A stretch of 63,716 nucleotides of DNA, counting the filler, from Choristocarpus tenellus KU-1152 (taxonomy: Eukaryota; Protista; Phaeophyceae), in assembly GCA_964200185.2 (NCBI GenBank). It is 11 parts of 11 records of this genome, joined end to end, with 100 filler letters (N's around TTAATTAATTAA, not from the genome) between each part and the next. Parts side by side here need not be neighbours in the genome. Positions count along the whole stretch, not along the records: positions 1 to 7,004 come from CAXNAD020006882.1; positions 7,105 to 15,573 come from CAXNAD020004676.1; 9 more parts are not named here. One strand, 5' to 3'. Below, in pieces: positions 1 through 10,898 of the stretch. How positions within the stretch are numbered: position 1 is the stretch's first letter; each line of letters starts with the position of its first letter. The translations under genes and the position numbers were made by a program. The notes under the pieces are model-generated. The model ran no database searches. It was not told where the DNA came from and worked only from the letters and a program-made list of their open reading frames with translations.

Positions 1-1783
1 GGGGTGCTGCACAGCCATACTCAGGACTGGGGAGAGCATCGCATTTTGTGGAAGGTGGATGGGGAGAGGAAAGGGGTCCACAGCTGCAACCAGCACCCCA
101 CCCTCACATTGAAGCCACAAGTCAACTCACCCGAAAAAGAAACACCTTCTTCCCAACCCATCGCACATTGGAACGCGGTATCATTCCCCCACCTCATCTC
201 CCCCCACGTTCCGTTAATGAGACATTTCTTCCTTTGACCTCAGCTATATCACCAACCATTGCTTCATCATTATGTGTCTGAGTCTCCCACTATTCATCTC
301 TCCTTCAAACACAACATGAAAATACACCTTTGCAGCAATCTCAATTTTGAGTTCCGACAGGACCCCAGCAGCGTTGCCAGCAGTAAGAACTAGTTCCTCA
401 GCTGTCTTCTGACCCAGACCCAGTTCGCTCCGCCCCAGCATGTCCTCCAGGCCCTGTGTTCGTGAAGCCTGCTTTGTCAGGCGTTGGATCTTTGCCTTTG
501 ACTCTGCCTTGAAGTTGCTGTGGGTCAACAGCACTCATCCTTGCTGCCTCTTCCATGGTGTGCTGCCAGAACAAGGAAACAAGGACACACACACCAACAC
601 ATACCAAGATGAAAAACAGAATAATCAAAGGGATTCAAGTTTGTGGCAGCATTTGGGGTTGTCGTCAACCGCATTTGGTATATTAGTTCCTCCTCTATGC
701 TGTCCAGACCATCAACTGACGATAAATCAATCATCGTAACAAGGTATAATATCTATGTGTATATGCTGATGAAATTTGAAGGACAGATCTGCCCAATAAC
801 AAAATGGTGCGCCAATAGAAAATCCTGGTTCTTGGCATTCAGTGGAAATCAATCATCGGCATTCTGTGGGATTTCGACATGTCTGTACCCAACTGACCGA
901 AGATAAAGTGGACTTGGACTTCCACAACCCCTAAAATACCCTCACCTCGATGCAATCACTCAACAAACATTCACAAGGGTGCACACAACAGCCCACACGA
1001 GATGTATTGCAGAAGAAACAGATCCCATAACAGTACATCAAAAGGTGTTTATCGGTAGTAGCTAGCAGATGTACAAATTATGCTGCAACATTGCATGTTA
1101 TTGAAAAGCTTTGAGGCTCTGTTGCTATGGCCACTTGACAGGTCTGTTGTCAATTCATACTACTGTTCTACTTTACATCAAAAGTCACTCGGGTAGACAT
1201 GTGTATCACAGTTCTTCAAAGCAAGACTTTACACGGGTCACGTGTCAATGGTTGCTGATGTGGGTTGGTTTACGTGCTTGTGTGGGACTGAAAAGGTGCA
1301 CCAAAATATTGTGGATGCTGATGTAAGTTGTATCAATACTGTCATATCCAATCTTCGCAAAGGCATCCTTGTAGGACATGATGCAATCAGTGCGCTCCCA
1401 CCTCCAGCAGTCAATGCGGTGTAACAGAAGTCTATGATGAATCCCCACCCTGCCATAATAGGCCTGGCAAGTGTTCATATCAAATTACATTGAGCAGGAG
1501 AAGTTAAAGTAATTCAGCCTCAATCGTTCTGATGTTGATCTCAGGTGAAACACCAGAAGTTCTGTCATGAAGCACTTGGCTGTACGCTTGGAAGCAACTC
1601 CAAGCATTTTGGACCTGACTATACCAATCTCTGAGGAGTGACATTGGCATCATCACTGATAATTTTCCTAGGGAAAACAAACATACAAATTTAATCGTTA
1701 CACATGCTTATGTTTCCAATCAATTAATCAGTCAGCAAGTATATAAGAAGATACTGGCAATCAAAATCGCAAAAAAGTCGTTT

Positions 1784-1863
1784 TGACCAGGGTGGTATTC
1801 AAACTTACACGATTGCACACTGTGGCTTTAGCCCAGCTCCTTAGACCGCTCGGACACCTGGTC
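1784..1863 (-). pseudogene. Degenerate tRNA-Leu copy (anticodon reads AAA)
   Basis: Acceptor stem and D arm identical to the copy at 3177-3256. T arm disrupted (GTAAG-TTTGAAT-ACCAC), anticodon stem mismatched, loop CTAAAGC. T6 tract just downstream. Confidence 0.8.
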
Positions 1864-3176
1864 ATGCTATCATATGGAACAAGAGTATCGTTCATTATCA
1901 GTATTCTCCAAAACCAAGTACCACACTACTTTTTGGTGGATCTTAAAGGCGTTTTTTGTTAAACAGATGGAGACAAGCCGATAGGTTCTGCAAACTGAAG
2001 GGGGGCGGGAAAACCCACAGGTGGCAAGAAAATAAAGAGAGACAAGGCAAGAGGGAGAGCAATCCCTCAGAAGATCATTCAGGAACGAGTGAACAAATGG
2101 AAAATGAGTGAGGGGGGTTTGCAAGGTCCCCTCAAACCACCCGTTATTTACTTCAAGTAGATGTTACCTTCAATATGCAAAACAAATGACATATGAATAT
2201 CAGATTCTTCAAGATAGGTTACCTTCATGGTATACCCTTCAGCTCTCACATTCTGGAGTTTTCCACTAAGAGTTAGGTTAGTAGTCGACCCAACCGATAA
2301 ATCTTGTATAGAATTGTTGGGTAGGATTTCTATCTCCACGCATTTATCAAGTAAATGTAGTCGAAACGAAGGAGACATAACAAAAAAAACTTTATTTGTT
2401 GAAGTTTGAACTATGTAGTTTTATCAAACGTATACCTTAATTTGAGTGGGAAAACCTAAGGGGAAGTCTCAAAACACTTTTGCTTGACAAACAAACAAAA
2501 AAGTCCATTATTTGAACCGATGAGAAGCTTTTGGTACCTATAGACCATTTTGCGCCTTTCCGATTTGGTAGAACAATTATGCTTAAACGGTATAAATAGC
2601 CTCAAAAAGTATTAAGACCCTCTCCTACTAAAATATTTATTCTAGAAGACGTTTATAGACCATTTGCATCTTTCCGAACTGGTAGATCCATTTTGTCTGG
2701 ATCGTACAAATGACCTTAAAAACTTGTTAAGACCCACTGTTACTATAGCATTTCTTTATATATAACAACTTCCTGTCTTGAAAAAGAAAGAGAAAAACGA
2801 CATTGTACAATGAATAGCACTAAGACAAAACCCCCTACACATTCACAATATCTCCTCAATCATCAGGGAAGAAATGTGTATTACTGACAGGGTGAGTTAT
2901 GTTGGAGTTCCATCGTTGTCAGCACGAATTTTGAACTCAGATAGCAGCAGTGAATCCTAACGCGTGTTCTCAGTGTTTCTTGGTACTCAATGTAAACTAC
3001 AACAAATAGGCGGGGTGGTTAACCTCCCTTGTTAGGGAAGAAATGTGGATCTGTAAGAAAGAGTAAGGTGGCGAGGTAATCAGTGCGCCCCCCCCTTGAG
3101 GTGGCTGTATTATAGTAGGATCGAATGATGATGGAGAGAAAGATTCTGGGAGTCAAATCCCGGTGGAAAACATTAG

Positions 3177-3256
3177 TGACCAGGGTGGGATTCGAACCCA
3201 CGCGTTTGCACACTGCGGCCTTAACACAGCTCCTTAGACCGCTCGGACACCTGGTC
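3177..3256 (-). tRNA. tRNA-Leu(AAG)
   Basis: Reverse complement GACCAGGTGTCCGAGCGGTCTAAGGAGCTGTGTTAAGGCCGCAGTGTGCAAACGCGTGGGTTCGAATCCCACCCTGGTCA. 7-bp acceptor stem, anticodon loop TT-AAG-GC, long variable arm, GTTCGAATC T loop, A discriminator, downstream TTTT. Confidence 0.95.
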
Positions 3257-3699
3257 AACTCTTTACACTTCTAATATTACGTAACATAAATACTATCTTC
3301 AAATTACATATTTTATATAGTAGTAGTATTAAATCATAGTAGTCTAAGGGATCCCAGACATTTGAACGAAAAGGTCGTCTGTACAAGGCAATAAGCACTG
3401 CTTGAGGAAGACAATAAGGACGATAAAAGAAAAACAGAGGAGGAAAAAATTGAAGATAATAAAATAGAAAAGAAAGGAAAAAAAAAGGATGTAACTCCTG
3501 GAGAAAACATCATCGCCCAAAAACACGTAAAGGCGAAGAATTAAAAAATAACTTCAAGTAATTCAATTTTGATATATTCAAACCTCACACGCAATTGAGA
3601 CACCTGAGGTCTTATCACAAAAATACGTTACTGTTTTGCCAAAAAAAACTCTAAGTTCTTTGAATCCTCCAGCCGATCTCAACCACAATAGCAGCATCA

Positions 3700-6600
3700 T
3701 CCCTTATGGTTCCACCCAACGTAAACAAACTTATCAGTTTGATTGCAGATCTGGTCCAGTGTCTTTGTCTGCATGGTTTCAGCATCCTGATTAGGAGGGT
3801 GAAGACACATAGATTTCATATTTATTGCTGATACAATTACTAGACTGAATGATCTGGCCACCTTCACAGGTACTGCCATCATCCTCCTCAAACCTCCTTA
3901 GGCCTTGGAGAAATTGACAGCATCATGAGCAAGGACCATACCCCACAAAAGCCGCTTAAGTGTTGTCCCGCTCCCTGGTGCTCCTCCTCCTCCTCCGATC
4001 TGGTTTGTGGGCATGCTCTTCTTGGTGACATCAAGGTCCTTGGAGATGGTCAGTAAGATGTAGGATATTTTTTTGCTACACTTAGCACTGCAGTGGAAAC
4101 ATTATTGAAGAGGATCGGAGCAAGAACACACCCCTGCCGAAGGTCCTGTCCAACCTCGAACCAGTCTGTGTGCAATCACCACCATGCATGCCAACACATG
4201 CCCTCATACCATCATGGATTGGCAAGTGACAGAAATAATCTTTGGACGTATGCCAAATTTACTCAGTACAACCTAAAGGAGATCACTATCAACAGAATCA
4301 TAAGCTTCCTGTAGATTTATTAAACACATGAATAGGGATACATGATTTTTCCGGCCAAGCTCTTGAAGGGCGAGTACACTATGTTCACTGTGGATTGTCG
4401 GGGCCAGAAACCACCCCGTTCCTGACAAAGGTTGTTCTCCTGTTGCAGGCAAACTCCCAATCGTCACGCAACAGCATTGAGGAGGACTTGGCCAGCATAT
4501 ATCACTAATGTATCTGCTACATTCAGTATGGTCTTTCTCGTCGAGCACAGTGATGATCGCACTTTTCCAAAACCTGTGGTACAACTTCCTGGTTTCACAC
4601 TGCCAACACAAAAAATCTGAAACCTGGAGGATGGGCACGTCCCCCTGTAAACCAAAGTTTAGGAGCTCAACTGGAAGATTATTGGGCCCCATACCGTTCC
4701 CATTTCCTGTTGTCCCAGAGTGCTTCAGCCACTTCCATCGTGCTTGGGGTGGAAGCGAGGGCCACATGTTCGATTAGACTCTTCCAACTCTATCGGACAG
4801 TTACGGTAAAATATGTACGGAGTAAAGAATAATCAATTAGTGGTTGAGTTATCAGAACCTTTTACTAGTGGCTAGTTATATGATAATTTTTCTCATATAA
4901 AAGGAAATATTTCTGATTTTTATGGGGTATTGCATGCCCCACTTAACTTTAATCAATCGCTCTACAGACATCAAGCAATCTCGCTGGGTTTATCAACTTA
5001 TCCTCTTTGATGATTTGGGAGATACTTTAACGCCACATATGTGGGTCGCTAATTGAGGACTTCAGCAGTGTAGGGTTGTAATTAACCAACTTGGTGTTAA
5101 GGAGCACTCTGAAGTACATCTGTTACAGGCGATATGTCTTGATGGCGGTTTCATAAACACCATTTTGACTTTGAAGTCCTAGATTTGATATATTTGCACT
5201 TCTTGACTATTTACTTATTATTTGGTCATTATGGTCCCCGATTGTGATAAGCCATTGTTGACCAGTTCCTTTTTATACAATGATATTAATGATAATCCAA
5301 GTGAGAGATCCAGCATACTTAACGACTTGTGGATCAGGAGTCCTATACGTGCATCGGTATCATCTATAGGCCTGTAGATTGGAGCTATACATCCTGTAGA
5401 GGTAAGCTTCTGGAGCGCGCTGTAACATCTCCTCCACCGTTCCATCACGGATGCTTGCACCCTGAGTAACCGTCCAGACTTAACACGGATCTGGTGACAG
5501 ACATTCTCTGGTTCTCTCAACATTGAAGTCTTTCAGATGGTGGTAGAGACCTTCGTTTGAGTCCCACCGTGAACAACCTCTTCCATCTTCTTGGTGTAGA
5601 TGTCAAGAAACTTCTGCAAGCCAGACACCCCTCGCAGATTTGAGTTGTTTGACAGCCTTTTTCAACGCCTTCTTGAAAGTGTCATTTTGGGGGTCTGTGC
5701 AGAATTGATTCCAGGCCCTTTCTCATTCCTCCCAGGCTTCCCGTAAGTTTGCTTGAGCTTGGTCATTTGCATACCACTCTCTGGGCAGCACCCTCTATGA
5801 ACCGAGTAGAAGGAATTTCGAGGCATTATATCCAACAAATGGGTTGTGAAGACGTTAAGTTGTCGACATTGGGAGGTGCATTAGCTGTATCTTTGGGTGA
5901 GACTGCTTCTGTTGCTGTGAGGATTTTCCTCATAGCCATACTTGCTACCTCAGACATCATGGGTAGTGTTGACATTAGGGTTTGTCAGTTGAAAATTATA
6001 CTTCCTTTACCACGTTATCACATCTTGAGCCAAAGTAAACGAGAGGTGCCCAGTTTTTAGCCGTTTTGCATCGTAAGCCAATTTTCAAACTTTTGCAATT
6101 TGCTCATATTTCCATGGATGAAGGGCCGAGTTTGACTTGAGCGGGTTGGTTTCTCTATTTTTTAAACTTTTCTACACAAATTCGGAAAACACCCTATACG
6201 TACTTGTAATAAATATTAATTTTGCACATATTTGCAGGCATCCATAAAATTTGACTCTGGGTACCTCTCGTTTCCTTGACTCCTTCCGAATAGGAGCAAA
6301 AGATCAAGGAGATAGACACTGATACGACACGGGGTTCCGATTCCGTTGGCAAAACTGAATGTACCCTTGCGTTCCAAGCAAGGTGGCGATGTGCCTGACA
6401 TGTAAGGGTGTAATTAAGACGAAGGTACCCCCTCATCTACCTTCAATGGCACGAAAGCATATGGAACCCTTTCCCCCCGGCTACACTGAGAAATGTGCTG
6501 ACAGGTGCAAATCTGTTTGCTGGTGCAAAACATCAACAGGCGTTCACCATCGTTGTTCAACACATCTCGTACATATGAACCCTGCTGTCATGACCCCCCC

Positions 6601-6900
6601 CCTCCTCCATCTCTCTTAACAGTGCTAGTATTCAGGACCATTAGGGTAAAGCGCTCATCCTTGGGGGGAGTTGCTCCTCCGCAGTGTGGGACTTCTCCCA
6701 AAAATATCCTTGACTGTCTCTAAGGCCCCTTCTGTTGGGGCATATACAATATATCCCACAACAAAGGTAACCCCAGTAGAGTAACTGTCACCATCAGTCA
6801 GATCTTCATCATCCGTATATCCAAGTCACTCTACTTCATAAGCCTGTTGTAGGATTGGTTCCTTCACGGTCAAACCTGGTCTATATTCACCCTTTGATCT
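3700..6900 (-). mobile_element. Decayed RTE-type LINE (AP endonuclease, linker, reverse transcriptase) with an internal ~600-bp insert
   Basis: APE motifs YAPTEG..KDIF, GSYVRDVLNNDGERLL and RLNYTLTCQAHRHL (~6300-6800). Linker SGRLLRVQASVMERW (~5400-5550). RT motifs GPNNLPVELL, LQELGRK..FMCLINLQEAYDSVD and RQGCVLAPILFN (~3750-4770). Many stops and frameshifts. Confidence 0.85.
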
Positions 6901-6925
6901 TTCTCCCTCCTAAAGAGCACTTTAT

Positions 6926-7004
6926 GACCCTAAGTATCTGGGGGGGGGGGGGTCTACACCAGGGCGTCCATTTGGGTCAAAATTGGGAAAAGGGAACTTA
7001 CGTT
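6926..7004 (+). mobile_element. MITE family A, left end (cut by contig end)
   Basis: GACCCTAAGTATCTG-polyG-TCTACACCAGGGCGTCCATTTGG matches the left end of 26689-26873. Confidence 0.8.
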
Positions 7005-7104
7005 NNNNNNNNNNNNNNNNNNNNNNNNNNNNNNNNNNNNNNNNNNNNTTAATTAATTAANNNNNNNNNNNNNNNNNNNNNNNNNNNNNNNNNNNNNNNN
7101 NNNN
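7005..7104. other. Artificial contig linker N44-TTAATTAATTAA-N44; same linker at 15574, 19389, 23049, 28235, 34409, 39005, 44236, 56801 and 61015 (each 100 bp)
   Basis: Ten identical 100-bp spacers, each carrying stop codons in all six frames. Confidence 0.97.
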
Positions 7105-7356
7105 GGTATGCACAGAGGAGGGGGCAGGTATAAAGAAGAAAACCAAACGATTCAACCAGTGGAATAGCTCATCTGCTGCATTGAGCCAATGTAACGCGAT
7201 CGTGACATTAAAAAAAAGAAAAGAAGCACCGTGTGTAGCGCTTCAAAGCGCAACGCACAATCGTTCTACTATACTATTAATAGTACTAGATATTTAAAAA
7301 AAAGTTCTACTATACTATTAATAGTACAAGATAAAAAAAAAAAAATGTGGTGAAAC

Positions 7357-7909
7357 TTAGCGAGCAAATCGATATGCGATTCGCTCCAATCGGCAAGATA
7401 GTCGACATCAAAATCGTAGGCGGTAGATTTCAGTAGGTCAGTTTCTGGTGAAAGCATGAATGTAAAAGTAAGTACACTTGAGAACACACCGCCGCCTTCA
7501 TATGATTTTATGAACACCAAAACCTTTCGAGCGTGCACGAAAAAAAAAAATCGCCACCGAGTGCCTTGAACCTGTTTGACCCGAATTTTCCTTTTCTACA
7601 TTCTATGAAGGAAAAAAAATAATAATAATAAAAATCCAAGAGCAAGAGCAAAAGAAAAAGAAAAAAGGAATAAAAAAAACGTTTCCGAATACTCGGGAAG
7701 CAACAATAGACCTTGCCATAGAGAACCTCGATGCGCATCGCCAGATCCTTCAACCGTTCTCGCCCAAGGGAATTTTATTATTTTGCGTCTGAGGAGGAAA
7801 AGATTTAAAATAAATTAATTAGAAACAAAACAAAACAAAACAAAAAAAGTACTACTGCAAACCGTTTGGCGATCCTTTCTAGTTGGAGGAGTGGTCCCGA
7901 GCTTCTGTC
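7357..7909 (-). CDS. Three phase-compatible exons of an unidentified protein
   Basis: Exons 7909-7863, 7788-7712 and 7444-7357, all with AG/GT borders, splice in frame to DRSSGPLLQLERIAKRRKIIKFPWARTVEGSGDAHRGSLWQETDLLKSTAYDFDVDYLADWSESHIDLLA. No family recognised. Confidence 0.4.
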
Positions 7910-8397
7910 CTGGTGCAAGATAAATAATACACACAAGCGCAGCTAATAATGATTGCTGGAGCATGGCATCAGAAATATTTAGTGACCCCCATGTGCACTT
8001 GGCGCTTGGGGTTGGGGTTAGTGCTTGTGCTCTGTGTTCTGAGGGGGGAACTGAAGTGACTCACGCTAGCTGCGCTTGTGCTTTGGGTTATCTAGACATG
8101 AGGATCAATTGATGCGGGGAGGAGACACAGCAGCTCTCGCTACAGTAAGTACCTTGTGGTATGTGTGACAATAAGTACGTAAGAATGATACAAGAAACTT
8201 CTGGCAGGACATCTGTTGCAGGACATTTACCACATTCAAGCTGACGAGACAAGACACACAGCAAAGGATGCTGGTACCTCATTGACAAGGACAGATCTCT
8301 TGATTCCAAGAGTGCCAGGGATCAAAAACTTTACATGTGTATATGTAGGATCATTCTTCCAGCACGTGGGTAACAAAGAGAAGGGCAGGACGTTATC

Positions 8398-8443
<46 letters not shown>

Positions 8444-8834
8444 CTTTTTTTAAAAAAAAAACCCCATGTNNNNNNNNNNACGTGGGTAAAAAAGAGAAGG
8501 GCAGGACGTTATCACCCCCCCCCCCCCCTCTCCCACCACTTCCTCCACCCGCAAATAGTATTTTCAAGAAACAAGACCGTATGTCATTAGACCTTTACCA
8601 CAAATCCCCTATACATAGTAGATGCAACCAAACGATGTGGCTTGTTTCCCAAGAACTGACGAGCCATGACCGCATAGCTCAGCTGTGCACCAAAAGTGAG
8701 AAAGCACCATTTTTTGTGGGGCATTAACAAATATGACGAGCTTTTTCGAGTCCCCATCGGGAAACCAGGTTTTTGTATTACAATGACTCCCCCCATGCCC
8801 CCATCCACCAAAATATTTCCATACCACAATTTAC

Positions 8835-10898
8835 CTGTGCATCTATGCCTTCTGCCCTGAATTGGTCTTCGGTCATACCTCCAGGTGGCCGTTGAGCTTC
8901 CCTAATGCATCCCAGTCCCACAATTTTGAGCTCCTCTTCCAATCCATCTTCCCCAATCATGTACACTGTCTTTACCTCAGGGTGGTTGTGCTTCAGAAAC
9001 CCTGTGTGAGGGAAGAGGGTAGTGAAAGGTCATGAGGAAGACTGGACAAAACAGCATCAAAACAGTCCGCCAGCGGGAGGGTACGAATAGATGGATTGAT
9101 CCCAGTTCGTTGAGACTTGAACAATAGACCTATGCTGAAAAGGGTTAATCAAAGTTGTGCTGACCGGAATATTGATGATTTACAAAGGGAACATACCCAT
9201 GATGGGGTGACACAGCCTTCTTGCTTTGTTCCTGTTTATGGCAAGGGTGAACGTCCTCCACAGCATGCACCGCACTAATTCTGTCCAACGTTCTGAAATG
9301 CTTCCAATTTTTCACTGTATGAACCATAAATTCTCCACCAATATTCAATCAGAAGTCTGAACATGAAAAAAACATGCTACAAATCACACACTTGCCTACA
9401 ATATCTCAGCGCATTGGGCAACAAGACCTCAAACTGAATCACATTCTTACATTATCTCTTCTTCAGCATCAAGGCCGACTAGTTTTGATCCCCATTGTGT
9501 GATACCCTAATCCTATGCCACATATCACCAAATGCACTCACACCTATTTGTTCATTTATCTAAATATCAATATTTGTGTTGTACTGCTATGTACAAAAAG
9601 GTGAAAAACAAGGAAATATCAAAGACGCCCACTAGATAGATGATCACTATCAACAAAGTATCTGCCATTCCTTCGATTAGCTCGACTAAATATCCAAACC
9701 TACAGTATAGCTTTTGATGACCGAATGTTCAAAGGCCTTGGTGCCCATCCTCACAAGGCTATAACCTTGGTGTCAATAGCTCACCGGCAACAGCAGACCC
9801 TGAGGTAATCACCTCTTCCACTTTTACACCCTGAACCCCAAATCCTGACAGCTTGCTGCAGTAGGCTGCGCGGCTCTTTCCGGAGTTATTGGTTACAAAA
9901 AAAGTGCGCTTACCCAACTTGCGGAGGGTCTTGACGGTTTCAACTGGAAGGGTCACAGTAGAAGGCTTCAGTTCGCAGGGGGGAGGAGGGAAACAGCTGA
10001 AAAATATACTGGTCGGGGGGCTCAGTCGGGGGCCATAGATGGCATTGAACATCAGGCTCGGGGTTTGGCTTGGGGAAGGCTTGTGCTCAAAGTTGGCAGT
10101 GTTCATTTTCAAATATCTGCAAACGTCATATATGCGACCACAATCCACCGAAAAGTTACGGTTATTAATCAAGAATCAAAATCTCCACCTGAATCACTGT
10201 TGGCAGCCACAGTGCTCCACAAAAAGAAGACGAGTCAGTCGCTGGCAACAGCTGCAACCTACACAAGGCGGGGAGATTGCATGCAACTCACTCGAACCGT
10301 CGATGGTGTGGCTGCCCCCCCACAGAACCCCATCGCAGTCAAACACGAAGTTGTCATACCTGTTGGTTTATTGATCATTGCAGGTAGGTGTTTCATCCAA
10401 TGGAGAAAATCAAGCTAATACTCTAGGCCATGCCACGTACAAAGGACCATTCATAGGCGAGAAGACGGAAGGTGCAAATTGCAAGTTGCACTGCAACGTC
10501 ATTGCAATTTGTGTTGCCCAGTTTATTCCAAAAGTAGCCCATTTCATCTAGTCAATTTCAGGCATTCCCTCTATCCAGTAACACGATATTTAATGAAAAA
10601 TACTGGTGCCTGCAAAGATAACGCCCGCTCACTTGTTCACTAGAGCAGCAGCCTCGTCCAGGCTTCCCACTCTGCAAATATTCCGCAAGTCGTCGGCACC
10701 ATGAAGCGTCATCTGATGGACTCGTGGGCGGTTCACGCGAACATCCAACGCAACCGAAGTCTGCACACCCCCACCCACGAGAACAACAATCACAACTGCA
10801 AAGAAATGCCCCACAACGGTCATGTTTTGTCGATGCAAAGGAAAACAAGTTACAGAGACCATTCTACCACCATGCCTTGCCGTTAGTAGCCGTTGCAT
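8835..10898 (-). CDS. HAD-IIA phosphoglycolate phosphatase / 4-nitrophenylphosphatase, 5' half
   Basis: Exons 10898 (or ATG at 10823)-10633, 10359-10292, 9943-9785 and 9001-8835 splice in frame. Motif I FVFDCDGVLW, motif II FFVTNNSGKSR, VYMIGEDGLEEEL. Hydrophobic N-terminal leader. Downstream exons not found. Confidence 0.88.

Noticed and set aside
244-1680. Coding-like fragments on the minus strand (KAESKAKIQRLTKQ..., YLRSVGYRHVE...)
   Set aside because: Stops and frameshifts, no consistent splice model and no recognisable family; possibly a pseudogene.
8363-8530. Direct repeat with poly-C and poly-Pro/Gly ORFs
   Set aside because: Duplicated flanks around a 10-N gap; overlap or homopolymer assembly artefact.
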